Below are positions 28,147 to 37,841 of a DNA stretch of 64,000 nt, piece by piece. Under the pieces are notes generated by a model. It saw only the letters and a list, made by a program, of their open reading frames with translations. It was not told the origin of the DNA and ran no database searches. Position 1 is the first letter of the stretch. Each line of letters begins with the position of its first letter. The translations under genes and the position numbers were made by a program. Location of the stretch: NCBI GenBank assembly GCA_963997635.1, contig CAXEND010000004.1, forward strand, positions 44,654 through 108,653, written 5' to 3'. Origin of the DNA: an uncultured Rhodospirillaceae bacterium (GTDB taxonomy: Bacteria; Pseudomonadota; Alphaproteobacteria; UBA828).

Positions 28147-29727
28147 ATGACTAAAAACTTTCAAGTAAAAAAAATAAAACGAGCTTTAATCTCAGTATAT
28201 GACAAAACTGAATTAATTCCTTTTTGTGAATTTTTATCTTCTCAGGGAGTAGAAATCCTCTCAACTGGCGGAACTTCTAGTGCCATTAAAAATGCTGGTT
28301 TGAAAATTACCGAAGTATCAGATTATACGCTATCTCCAGAAATCCTTGGTGGACGTGTAAAAACTCTCCATCCTATGATTCATGGAGGTATACTAGCCAA
28401 GAGATCTGACTCTGAACATATTGAGGAAATGAAAAGACAAAACATTCTCCCTATAGACCTTGTAGTTGTCAATTTATATCCATTTAAAAAAACAATAGAC
28501 TCTCAGGCTGACTTTAATGAATGCATTGAAAATATAGATATTGGAGGCCCAACCATGATTCGGGCTGCAGCAAAAAATTACATGGACGTAACAATTATTG
28601 TTCAACCATCAGATTACAAATTTGTGAAAGATGAAATGCTTATGAATAACGGCGGTGTCAGTCGATGTTTTAGAGAAAAACTTGCAGTTTCAGCTTTTTC
28701 TCACACTGCCGAATACGATGGTATAATTTCTAACTGGTTTCAATCCCAAGATACAGAAAATCCACCTAAACAGTTAAATATTGTTGCTAAACTCCGCCAA
28801 AAACTTAGGTATGGAGAAAACCCCCATCTATCAGCAACATTTTATCATGATGGAACTAACCGTGCTGGTGTAGCGACTGCAAAACAATTACAGGGAAAAG
28901 AATTATCTTATAACAATATAAATGATACTGATTCAGCTTTTGAGCTGGTTGCAGAATTTGATACACCAACCGTGGCAATAGTTAAACATGCAAATCCTTG
29001 TGGAGTTTCAAGTGCTGAGAATATTGATGATGCATTTAATAAAGCTCTAGAATGTGACCCGGTAAGTGCATATGGGGGTATAATTGCATTAAATAGAAAT
29101 GTAGACACTAAAATATCAGAATTGATTAAAAATCATTTTGCTGAAGTATTAATAGCACCCAAAATAGATCCTCAAGCTTTAGAAATACTTTCTAGTAAGA
29201 AAAACCTTCGTATACTAATTACAGGTGAACTACCAAATCCAAAGTCAAAAAATACTATGCTAAGGTCAGTATCTGGCGGGCTACTTATTCAGGATCGTGA
29301 TTTTGGAAGTGTGTTACCTGAAAATTTAGAAACTGTGACTAAGTGCAAACCTAGTGATGATGAAATCAAAGATCTAATTTTTGCGTTTAAAGTTTGTAAA
29401 CATACAAAATCTAACGCAATAGTTTATGCTAAAAATGAATCTACTGTTGGTATTGGTGCGGGTCAAATGAGTAGAGTGGATTCTTCAAAAATTGCTGCAT
29501 GGAAAGCAGGACATGGTAATAGCACCCAGAATAATAAAGCGGCGGGCTCTGTGGTAGCTTCAGATGCTTTTTTTCCATTTGCTGATGGACTTTTAGCTGC
29601 CGCTGAAGCAGGCGTTACAGCAGTTATTCAACCAGGTGGGTCTATGAGAGACAAAGAGGTAATCGAAGCAGCAAACGAAAGAAATATTTCTATGGTCTTT
29701 ACAGGATTGAGGCATTTTAGACATTAA
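28147..29727 (+). CDS. purH: Bifunctional AICAR transformylase/IMP cyclohydrolase
   Basis: RALISVYDK, GRVKTLHP, RYGENPH, SDAFFPF, RHFRH. Confidence 0.98.
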   Translation: MTKNFQVKKIKRALISVYDKTELIPFCEFLSSQGVEILSTGGTSSAIKNAGLKITEVSDYTLSPEILGGRVKTLHPMIHGGILAKRSDSEHIEEMKRQNILPIDLVVVNLYPFKKTIDSQADFNECIENIDIGGPTMIRAAAKNYMDVTIIVQPSDYKFVKDEMLMNNGGVSRCFREKLAVSAFSHTAEYDGIISNWFQSQDTENPPKQLNIVAKLRQKLRYGENPHLSATFYHDGTNRAGVATAKQLQGKELSYNNINDTDSAFELVAEFDTPTVAIVKHANPCGVSSAENIDDAFNKALECDPVSAYGGIIALNRNVDTKISELIKNHFAEVLIAPKIDPQALEILSSKKNLRILITGELPNPKSKNTMLRSVSGGLLIQDRDFGSVLPENLETVTKCKPSDDEIKDLIFAFKVCKHTKSNAIVYAKNESTVGIGAGQMSRVDSSKIAAWKAGHGNSTQNNKAAGSVVASDAFFPFADGLLAAAEAGVTAVIQPGGSMRDKEVIEAANERNISMVFTGLRHFRH

Positions 29728-29877
29728 TGGTTGTAAAACTTAACTAATATTAATAATTTTAATTTTTATATGCGTATTCAAATCAGCTCGGATTTTCATA
29801 ATGAAACATAAATAAAACTACGATATCGCATATAATATTCTGTTTAACTTATTTAAAAATTTTTGATACTTGGCCAA

Positions 29878-30315
29878 ATGTTAGAAAATAAAATCAAATC
29901 TATTAAAACAGAAGCATTAAATTCTAATAATATAAAAGCAAATCAAAATACTTTTGTTAACACAAGAAAACCAAAAGGTGTTGGTACACATTTAATTGTG
30001 GACATTTGGGGTGCTCAAAAACTTACAGATCAAAAACATATTGAACAAACTATAAAAAAATGTGTGAAGGAGTCAGGTGCTACTCTACTACATTACCATA
30101 CTCACAAGTTTGATCCTAATGGAGGAATATCAGGTGTGGCAATACTTGCAGAGTCTCACATCAGTATTCATACGTGGCCAGAAATAGACTACGCAGCATT
30201 TGATTTTTTTACTTGTGGATTAATTTCACCTGAGAGTGCATTACAAATATTACATGAATCATTAAAACCCAAAAAACTTAATTTTAAGAACTATAGTAGG
30301 GGTGCTCTAGAATGA
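29878..30315 (+). CDS. speD: S-adenosylmethionine decarboxylase proenzyme
   Basis: LAESHISIHTWPE cleavage motif; next to speE; ORF track opens at 29863. Confidence 0.9.
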   Translation: MLENKIKSIKTEALNSNNIKANQNTFVNTRKPKGVGTHLIVDIWGAQKLTDQKHIEQTIKKCVKESGATLLHYHTHKFDPNGGISGVAILAESHISIHTWPEIDYAAFDFFTCGLISPESALQILHESLKPKKLNFKNYSRGALE

Positions 30316-31175
30316 AAAACTGGATGTATGAGAACCTGCATGAGGGTTTTAACTCTGGTTTTAGAGCAGAAAAAGTTCTCATTGATATAAAAACAGATTT
30401 TCAACATTTGGTTGTTTTTGAAAATGCCCTATTTGGCAAAGTAATGTTAATCGATGATGTGCTACAAACTACAGAAGCAGATGAATATATTTACCATGAA
30501 TCTATCACTCATTTACCAATCTTTGCCCATGGTGAAGTCAAAAGAGTGCTTGTTATTGGGGGAGGGGATGGTGGTACAGCAGAGGAAGTTTTAAAACATA
30601 ATAGTATCAAACACATAACACTGGTTGAGATTGACCCAACAGTCATAGAAATATCAAAAAAGTATCTTCGTTGTATATGTAAAGATGCTTTTGAAGATAA
30701 AAGGTTAGAAGTGGTAATTTGTGATGCCAGAAAATTTGTCAAAAATTATTGTGGACTACCATATGATTTAATAATTATTGACTCCACAGATCCAATTGGT
30801 CCTGCTGTTAGTTTGTTCTCAGAGTCATTTTATATTGACTGTAAAAATTGTCTTGCCACAGGAGGAATTTTAATAACTCAAAATGGTGTGCCATTTATGC
30901 AAAAAACAGAGCTATGTAATACTTTAAAAGTGTTTCATAAACTGTTTTCTGACTCAACCTGTTATATAGCTAACATTCCTACTTACGTTGGGGGTCCGAT
31001 GGCATTTGGGTGGGGAACTGATAAGTTGAATACAAGAAAAACATCAAAACTAACAATTTATAATCGCTTAAAAATGTCCAAGATCATATTAAAACATTAT
31101 AATGCTGACTGGCACAAATCAGCTTTTATACTACCAAATTATATTAAGGACCTAACTATAAATAAAAATTATTAG
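30312..31175 (+). CDS. speE: Spermidine synthase / polyamine aminopropyltransferase
   Basis: VLVIGGGDGG, VEID, DSTDPIGPA. Confidence 0.95.
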   Translation: MKNWMYENLHEGFNSGFRAEKVLIDIKTDFQHLVVFENALFGKVMLIDDVLQTTEADEYIYHESITHLPIFAHGEVKRVLVIGGGDGGTAEEVLKHNSIKHITLVEIDPTVIEISKKYLRCICKDAFEDKRLEVVICDARKFVKNYCGLPYDLIIIDSTDPIGPAVSLFSESFYIDCKNCLATGGILITQNGVPFMQKTELCNTLKVFHKLFSDSTCYIANIPTYVGGPMAFGWGTDKLNTRKTSKLTIYNRLKMSKIILKHYNADWHKSAFILPNYIKDLTINKNY

Positions 31176-31479
31176 CATTATTAACTAATAATATCACCTA
31201 TACATCTATAGATAGATACATAAAAATTTATAATATCATATCTAAATGGCATTAATAAGGTAATCAGATAGCCGCGATCGAAGAAAAATTATATAAAACC
31301 TATTATTAACTTTAAACCATAGACAGATAATTAAAAAATACAGTAATAGAAATAATCTTTTCATTCTCACTAATTAATGCTGTTCTATTAACAGATAATA
31401 ATTATTATAACGTTTATTCGTTTTATTAAGCATAGTGGTTAAAATCTAGTAAAATTTTTTCATAAGCCGGGGGATTATA

Positions 31480-32850
31480 ATGTCTAAATTACATAGTGGG
31501 GCAAAAACAATGGAATATCTAGACCGTTATATGGAAGGCGTGGAAAAAAGAAATCCAGGTGAACCTGAGTTTGTTCAAGCTGTATATGAGGTAGCATCAA
31601 CAATTTTTCCATATATTGCAGACAAACCACAATATCATGAAATGCAAATTCTAGAAAGAATGGCGGAACCAGAGAGAATTATTTCTTTTAGAGTCCCTTG
31701 GACTGATGATGAAGGAAATATCCGAACAAACCGCGGATGGCGTGTCCAGTTCAATAGTGCCATTGGCCCATACAAAGGCGGTATCAGATTCCATCCAAGC
31801 GTTAATCAAAGTATATTAAAATTTTTAGGCTTTGAGCAAACCTTTAAAAATAGCCTTACAGGACTACCTATGGGTGGAGGAAAAGGTGGAGCAAATTTCA
31901 ATCCTAAAGGGAAATCTAATAATGAAGTTATGCGATTCTGCCAATCCTTTGTCACAGAACTATATAGACATATAGGTGAAGATACAGACGTCCCAGCGGG
32001 AGATATTGGCGTTGGCGGTAGAGAAATTGGGTACATGTTCGGACAATATAAACGTATTACAAATCGATTTGTTGGAGTGTTAACAGGAAAAGGCCTAGAG
32101 TTTGGTGGATCCAAAATGAGGACTGAAGCAACCGGATATGGAACAATATTTTTTCTTAATAACATGCTCAATCATACATCCGAAGATCTAGATGGTAAGA
32201 AAGTAATAATATCTGGCTCAGGAAATGTTGCTACACATGCTGCAGAAAAGGTTTTGCAACTAGGTGGAAAACCTCTGACCCTATCTGACTCTGGTGGGTT
32301 TATCCACTGCTCGGATGGATTTACTCAAGAGCAAATAGATTGGATTAAAGTTCTAAAGGGTCAAAAAAGAGGAAGAATTTCTGAAACTGCTGATGAATTT
32401 AAAAACGTAGAATTCCATGATGGAAAACGTCCCTGGGGTGTTGAAGCCGATTATGCTACACCTTGTGCTACACAAAATGAAATAAGCGGTAGTGACGCAG
32501 AAATCATGCTCAAAAACGGTATAAAAGCAGTTGCTGAAGGTGCCAATATGCCAAGCGAGCAAGCAGCAGTTGATTTATTTCAAGAGGCCAAAATTTTATT
32601 TGGGCCTGCAAAAGCAGTGAATGCAGGTGGTGTTGGAGTCTCAGGATTAGAAATGAGTCAAAATAGTGCAAGAATTGCCTGGGAAGATGATCATCTTCGC
32701 TCACTGTTAAAAAATATGATGAAAAATATTCATGACAGTTGCGTAAGGTATGGAACTGAAGATGACGGACATGTAAATTATCTAGCGGGTTCAAATATTG
32801 CAGGTTTTGTAAAAGTTGCAGATGCAATGCTGGCTTACGGTCACGTATAA
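31480..32850 (+). CDS. gdhA: NADP-specific glutamate dehydrogenase
   Basis: GPYKGGIRFHPSV, GGGKGG, DVPAGDIGVG, EGANMP. Confidence 0.96.
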   Translation: MSKLHSGAKTMEYLDRYMEGVEKRNPGEPEFVQAVYEVASTIFPYIADKPQYHEMQILERMAEPERIISFRVPWTDDEGNIRTNRGWRVQFNSAIGPYKGGIRFHPSVNQSILKFLGFEQTFKNSLTGLPMGGGKGGANFNPKGKSNNEVMRFCQSFVTELYRHIGEDTDVPAGDIGVGGREIGYMFGQYKRITNRFVGVLTGKGLEFGGSKMRTEATGYGTIFFLNNMLNHTSEDLDGKKVIISGSGNVATHAAEKVLQLGGKPLTLSDSGGFIHCSDGFTQEQIDWIKVLKGQKRGRISETADEFKNVEFHDGKRPWGVEADYATPCATQNEISGSDAEIMLKNGIKAVAEGANMPSEQAAVDLFQEAKILFGPAKAVNAGGVGVSGLEMSQNSARIAWEDDHLRSLLKNMMKNIHDSCVRYGTEDDGHVNYLAGSNIAGFVKVADAMLAYGHV

Positions 32851-32873
32851 AATTAAATTTAACATTTGGAATT

Positions 32874-32910
32874 AAAATAGGTGTCTTATGATCTTCATAA
32901 CATCTATTTT
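32874..32910. terminator. Probable bidirectional intrinsic terminator between convergent gdhA and aldolase genes
   Basis: Imperfect hairpin AAAATAGGTGTCTTATG-ATCTT-CATAACATCTATTTT with A and T tracts at its ends. Confidence 0.5.
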
Positions 32911-32932
32911 ACTTCCTTAATTTTAAGATAAG

Positions 32933-33613
32933 TCATTCTTCATTTGGGAGAGATTTTCCCTCTTTATAAAATTTAAATCTTTTGACAATTTTTTCCATTT
33001 CTTTTTTTGACAAAATATTGGGGTTTGCAATTGTTAAAGCAGATAAGTACTGTGCTGCGAGAAGCTCAATTTCAATAGCGAGATCTACCGCGTTTTCAAG
33101 AGATTTTCCTAATGCAATGACTCCATGATTTGATAACAAACAAGCATATCGGTTCTCCAAAGCCTTTAGTGCATATTTGGATAATCTTTGAGTTCCAAAG
33201 GTTGCATAACGTGCACAACGAACATTATTACCACCCGCTATTGCAACCATGTAGTGGAATGATGGGATTTCAATCCCTAAACAGGATAGTGCTGTGGCCT
33301 TTACTGAGTGAGTATGAACAATTGCATTTATTTCAGGACGGGCGATATATACGTCCCTATGAATTCGCCATTCACTCGATGGCTGAATATCTGTTAATTT
33401 TGTAACATTTCCCTTTTGGTCTAGGTTCAATATTTCTTTTGCTGTTATACTCTCATAATCTATCCCTGATGGTGTTATGAGAAACCCGAGGCCTTTCCTC
33501 ACACTTATATTCCCAGATTTTGGGCCATTTATATTATTATTACCAAGAAATTTAGCAGCATCAACAATTGACCTTGAATTCTGAATAAATTTTTTTCTTT
33601 TAACCATTAACAC
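32933..33613 (-). CDS. Class II aldolase (FucA/Ald2-like; probable methylthioribulose-1-P / 5-deoxyribulose-1-P aldolase)
   Basis: SGNISVR, ITPSG, PSSEWRIH, HTHS, FHYMVAIAGG, NHG; overlaps mtnA. Confidence 0.85.
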   Translation of the reverse strand: MLMVKRKKFIQNSRSIVDAAKFLGNNNINGPKSGNISVRKGLGFLITPSGIDYESITAKEILNLDQKGNVTKLTDIQPSSEWRIHRDVYIARPEINAIVHTHSVKATALSCLGIEIPSFHYMVAIAGGNNVRCARYATFGTQRLSKYALKALENRYACLLSNHGVIALGKSLENAVDLAIEIELLAAQYLSALTIANPNILSKKEMEKIVKRFKFYKEGKSLPNEE

Positions 33614-34704
33614 TTCTCATGGATTTTTTTAAAATCTTCCAATCCTTGTTGTGAAGCATTAAAAATCCCTTCCTCAGTAATAAAACTTGTCACTAAATGA
33701 GCTGGAGTAACGTCAAAACTATAGTTTGATGCTTTGCTATTTTCTGGAGCTAATTCGATTTGTCTAATTTTACCATTTTCAGCTAACCCACTTATAAAAA
33801 GAACTTCATCTTGATCTCTTTCTTCGATTGGAATTTCCTGTAAACCGTTTTTTATGGACCAATCAATAGTTGAAAAAGGTGTTGCAACATAAAATGGAAC
33901 TTTGTTGTCATTCGCTGCCAAGGCTTTCAAATAGGTACCTATTTTATTACAAACATCTCCAGAGCTAGTAACTCTATCTGCACCAACAATACACATATCA
34001 ATCAAACCTTTTTGCATTAAATGGCCACCAGCATTATCAACTATAATTGTGTGAGGAATTTCTTTTTTTGATAATTCCCATGCAGTAAGAGCTGCACCCT
34101 GGTTACGCGGCCTAGTTTCATCAACCCAGACATGAATATTACATCCGGCTTCATTTGCTTTATATATTGGTGAGAGTGCCGTACCCCACTCTACTGCAGC
34201 TAACCAGCCAGCATTACAGTGAGTTAGGATATTTAATGGTTCATTAGTTTTCTTTTTATCCCTTGTTTTGATAATTGACTCGTATCCATGCTCACCTATT
34301 CTCCGGCATGTAGTAATATCTCTATTAACCATTTCATCTGCAAAGTTAAAAGCTGCATGCTCTCTTTTAGAACGAGATAGTGATATGAGTTCTTTGAACA
34401 TATGACCAAGTGCCCAGCGTAAATTTATAGCAGTCGGCCTTGTGTTTAATAGAGTTTGATAGGCAAATTTTAATCCTGAATCTGAATTGTCATTATTCAT
34501 AGCTAGTGCTAGACCATAACATGCAGTCACCCCTATTAAAGGAGCACCGCGGACTTTCATTTCTTTTATAGCTTTTCTGGCGGTATTTAGAGAGTTAATT
34601 TCATAAATAACTAAGCGGTGTGGTAAATGAGTTTGATCAATAATCTTTACGTCACCACCTCTTGTACGCCATATCGTTCTATTTGGTATATTTTTATTTT
34701 GCAT
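33607..34704 (-). CDS. mtnA: S-methyl-5-thioribose-1-phosphate isomerase
   Basis: VRGAPLIG, RPTAINL, THCNAG, DETRPRNQG, NKIGTY, FDVTP. Confidence 0.95.
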   Translation of the reverse strand: MQNKNIPNRTIWRTRGGDVKIIDQTHLPHRLVIYEINSLNTARKAIKEMKVRGAPLIGVTACYGLALAMNNDNSDSGLKFAYQTLLNTRPTAINLRWALGHMFKELISLSRSKREHAAFNFADEMVNRDITTCRRIGEHGYESIIKTRDKKKTNEPLNILTHCNAGWLAAVEWGTALSPIYKANEAGCNIHVWVDETRPRNQGAALTAWELSKKEIPHTIIVDNAGGHLMQKGLIDMCIVGADRVTSSGDVCNKIGTYLKALAANDNKVPFYVATPFSTIDWSIKNGLQEIPIEERDQDEVLFISGLAENGKIRQIELAPENSKASNYSFDVTPAHLVTSFITEEGIFNASQQGLEDFKKIHEKC

Positions 34705-34850
34705 TTATAAACAATGTGTATGAACAAATATAATTTTTTTCGTGATTGAGTTTTTGTAAATAATCTAAAATATAAAACTAGATTAAGAAATTTAATTTTT
34801 TATAATATGGCAAAAGGGTATATACAAATTTGAGAACTTAATATTAAGCA

Positions 34851-36914
34851 CTAATTTAACCTAGACATTAGTTCATTAATATATGGCTTATAATTATTCC
34901 ATGAAGTAAGACCCTTATCATATAATTTTTTTCGAACTTGTGTTTGACTAGCTGTCTGAACTGTACGTTCGGTATCATGAAACTCCATACATTTATCTTG
35001 CCACTCTAAATTACAAAATGACAAAAGCAAACGAGTTTGTTCAGCTTGATCATTAATTATATTCTCATAATTAATGGTATATATTTTTTTATCAAAACGT
35101 TTCTTCCAATATTCCATTAAATCAGAGTATAAATTGTAAAATGATACTATATGGTCCATATCATAGGCATATTGATTGCCACCCTTGGAAAAAAAAGTCT
35201 TAAAGATTGACCAACAAGTTGCTCTCGGATCACGCTCAACATGAACTATTTTAGATTCAGGAAATGCATTAATAATCAATTCAATCCACTTAAAATTAAT
35301 GGGTAATTTGTCTGTCACTAAATTTTCTTTTACTCTAAGACTATCTAAAGATTTGGTATATTCCTTCCGTATTTTTTTAATATCCTCAAAAGAAAGTTGG
35401 GTATGACCAGAAGATATTACCTTTTTTTCTTTGTTATAAATCATAGAACGGGAGATACCATGCATGAATGGTAATTCCCCAGCACCAAATACATGGGTAT
35501 GGCTTGCTAAAATTTGTTCGACAAGAGTTGTACCTGATCTAGGCATCCCCAATATGAATATTGGCGTATGATTCAGACTTACTAAGTCAGTATCTATTTT
35601 AGATTCAGGATTTTTTTCAACAGATATGTTTTTTATATAAGAAAATTCTTTTTGTTCTTTATCCAGGTCAAAACTTAGAGATCTAGCATGTTCCAAATTA
35701 GCTTGTCTGAGATACGAAAATGCTTCTGCATAATTTTTTGTATCATCGTAGGCCTTTGCCATTGCATAACAGAGTGCTATTCTATCTTCTAATTTTGTAT
35801 TTGAATCTAATATTAATTCCTTCATAACTTTTATTTGTGGGTCAGATAAATCATAAGTTTTTACATTACTTAAGTTCCGGTGTGCCAAGGCATAATTAGG
35901 CCTAATTCTTAATGCTTCTTCATAACTTTCATGTGCTTCTTTAAAGTTTCCAATGCTTGTATACAAATTACCTAGATTGTTATGTGCCTGGTAATATTTA
36001 GGATTGACTTCAACAGCTTTTTTATAACTTTTTGCTGCATCATGTGTTTGATTTCGTTTTCTTAACAAGTTACCTAATGCGAAATGTGCTTGTGAATGAT
36101 TCGGTTCTACTTTTAGGGCTTGTATATAACACTCTTCTGCTTCATCAATTTGTCCAATGTTTAATAGAGCTGTGCCTAAGTTCGTGTATGCTTGTTTATA
36201 AGTTGGATTAATCGTTAAAGCTTCACGAAAACATTGAATAGCCTTTTGAGAACGAGAGATTTTTGCATATGCAGTACCAAGATTATTTAATGTTTCAGAG
36301 CTTTTTGGATTTTTGTCTAGTGATTTTTCAAAAGCTTTGATTGCCTCCTGAATCAATCCCGTACTAGTAAGTGCTAAGCCCAAATTATTATATGTTTCCC
36401 ATTGATTTGGGTTTAGGTTTACAGTGGAATTATAACTTATTATGGCACCCTCATAATTTCTAGAACTTAACTGCAAATCACCAAGGTTTTTATATGCTTG
36501 AGCGTGGGTTGGGTCAATTTCTATTGCTTTTTTAAAGTTTACATCGGCTAGGTTTATTTTGTTTATCTTAACATATAAAAGTCCTAGATTATTGTATGAA
36601 TTAGAATGCTTAGGATTTAATTTTATTGCTCTTTCTAAGCTTGTTATTGCACTTTCAAAATCGTTTAGTGCTAAATAAGCAACTCCCAAGTTGCTGTGTG
36701 CCTCAACATATTCCGGAGAAATATCTATTGCATTTTTATAAGAATTTACTGCATCGTGAATTTGACCTCGAGCAAACAGGCACGCACCAAGAATATTAGG
36801 TAGAACTGCATTATTTGGATTAATTTGTATTAACTTTTTGGCTTCTTGTTCTGCCTTATATAAATTTCCACTAGAATAGGTGGCAATAAGCTGTTCAACT
36901 TCTTGTTTTTTCAT
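34851..36914 (-). CDS. TPR-repeat protein with C-terminal sulfotransferase domain
   Basis: About 9-10 TPR motifs (NNLG...A...F/Y..A...P), then GMPRSGTTLVEQIL PAPS-binding loop, DKLP, RDP. Confidence 0.9.
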   Translation of the reverse strand: MKKQEVEQLIATYSSGNLYKAEQEAKKLIQINPNNAVLPNILGACLFARGQIHDAVNSYKNAIDISPEYVEAHSNLGVAYLALNDFESAITSLERAIKLNPKHSNSYNNLGLLYVKINKINLADVNFKKAIEIDPTHAQAYKNLGDLQLSSRNYEGAIISYNSTVNLNPNQWETYNNLGLALTSTGLIQEAIKAFEKSLDKNPKSSETLNNLGTAYAKISRSQKAIQCFREALTINPTYKQAYTNLGTALLNIGQIDEAEECYIQALKVEPNHSQAHFALGNLLRKRNQTHDAAKSYKKAVEVNPKYYQAHNNLGNLYTSIGNFKEAHESYEEALRIRPNYALAHRNLSNVKTYDLSDPQIKVMKELILDSNTKLEDRIALCYAMAKAYDDTKNYAEAFSYLRQANLEHARSLSFDLDKEQKEFSYIKNISVEKNPESKIDTDLVSLNHTPIFILGMPRSGTTLVEQILASHTHVFGAGELPFMHGISRSMIYNKEKKVISSGHTQLSFEDIKKIRKEYTKSLDSLRVKENLVTDKLPINFKWIELIINAFPESKIVHVERDPRATCWSIFKTFFSKGGNQYAYDMDHIVSFYNLYSDLMEYWKKRFDKKIYTINYENIINDQAEQTRLLLSFCNLEWQDKCMEFHDTERTVQTASQTQVRKKLYDKGLTSWNNYKPYINELMSRLN

Positions 36915-37063
36915 CTAATTATTTTGCAAAACATATTCATGTTAGTGATTACAATGTTTAGATAAGAATATAATTGTTGAATAAAAAAAATTATGGCCAT
37001 CTTGAAAATAAAAAACTATTTACCTACAAAAATATCTAAATATTATTTTAAACATAACAAATA

Positions 37064-37138
37064 TGGAGCGGGCGATGAGATTCGAACTCACGACCCTAAC
37101 CTTGGCAAGGTTATGCTCTACCCCTGAGCTACGCCCGC
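37064..37138 (-). tRNA. tRNA-Gly(GCC)
   Basis: Minus strand GCGGGCGTAGCTCAGGGGTAGAGCATAACCTTGCCAAGGTTAGGGTCGTGAGTTCGAATCTCATCGCCCGCTCCA: cloverleaf, GCC anticodon, TTCGA loop, encoded CCA. Confidence 0.97.
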
Positions 37139-37155
37139 CCATTATACAAATGGCG

Positions 37156-37183
37156 ATCTTACGCTGATATAAATTACTTTCAA
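37156..37183 (-). promoter_or_regulatory. Sigma70-type promoter of tRNA-Gly
   Basis: TTGAAA-16 nt-TAAGAT followed by GC-rich CGCC, just upstream of the tRNA 5' end. Confidence 0.55.
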
Positions 37184-37206
37184 GAGTCTATTAGGAGTAT
37201 TAAAAA

Positions 37207-37710
37207 ATTAATATACCAGCTAAACCAGAAGATTTATTTAAAAGACTGGATTTCTTAGGAATTGAAAGTCATACAAAGACGCACCCTGCAGTTTATACTA
37301 CCGAAGAAGCTTCTAAATACTGTTCAAATATGCCAGGTGCACACTGTAAGACTCTATTTTTAAAAGATAAAAAGGGCGAACTATGGTTAGTCATGTCGTT
37401 AGATTATCGACGCATAAATATGAAAAAACTTCAGAATCTTCTGGGTTCAGCAAGACTTTCCTTTGGAAAACCTGATTTATTATATGATATCCTAGGCGTA
37501 AAACCAGGTTCTGTCACTCCATTTTCCCTAATAAATGATACTAATCATATGATAAAACCAATATTAGATGAGGGCATAATAAACTCAGAGGTAGCAAATT
37601 TTCACCCATTAACAAATACTATGACAACGGCTATAAAACCTTCAGATTTAAAGTTATTTATTGCTGACTGTGGTCATACTATCCGTATAATTGACTTAGA
37701 TCTCGCTTAA
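37207..37710 (+). CDS. Prolyl-tRNA editing protein (ProX/PrdX, YbaK superfamily), probable non-ATG start
   Basis: KTLFLKDKKG, RLSFG, LGVKPGSVTPF, NFHPL; family-like N-terminus PAKPEDLFKRLDFLGI lies upstream of the first ATG (37330). Confidence 0.85.
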   Translation: MNIPAKPEDLFKRLDFLGIESHTKTHPAVYTTEEASKYCSNMPGAHCKTLFLKDKKGELWLVMSLDYRRINMKKLQNLLGSARLSFGKPDLLYDILGVKPGSVTPFSLINDTNHMIKPILDEGIINSEVANFHPLTNTMTTAIKPSDLKLFIADCGHTIRIIDLDLA

Positions 37711-37757
37711 TGAAGTAAAATATGAACCAAAAAAATTTAATTTGATAAGAAATTACA

Positions 37758-37786
37758 CTTGCGTTGAAAAAAAACAACTGCCATTT
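37758..37786 (+). promoter_or_regulatory. Possible RpoH-type promoter for the cnoX operon
   Basis: CTTGCG-N16-GCCATTT resembles alphaproteobacterial CTTGAA-N16-CCTATNT; upstream of a chaperedoxin gene. Confidence 0.3.
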
Positions 37787-37841
37787 AGATGAAACCAAAC
37801 AATTTATGGTCTAAAATACTAACTTTTTAGGAATATGAGCT

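Noticed and set aside
29728-29877. Riboswitch or leader RNA upstream of speD
   Set aside because: Very AT-rich, only short weak dyads, no recognisable SAM-riboswitch core
32014-32021. GGCGGTAG ops-like octamer in gdhA
   Set aside because: It encodes the conserved GGRE peptide mid-gene and lacks the downstream TG; coincidental
35860-36800. Periodic sequence suggesting a CRISPR or tandem DNA repeat
   Set aside because: The periodicity is the 34-aa TPR protein repeat with degenerate DNA; there are no identical repeat-spacer units or cas genes
34851-37138. Integrative element or prophage at tRNA-Gly
   Set aside because: No integrase, and no duplicated tRNA 3' end (att) was noticed in the window
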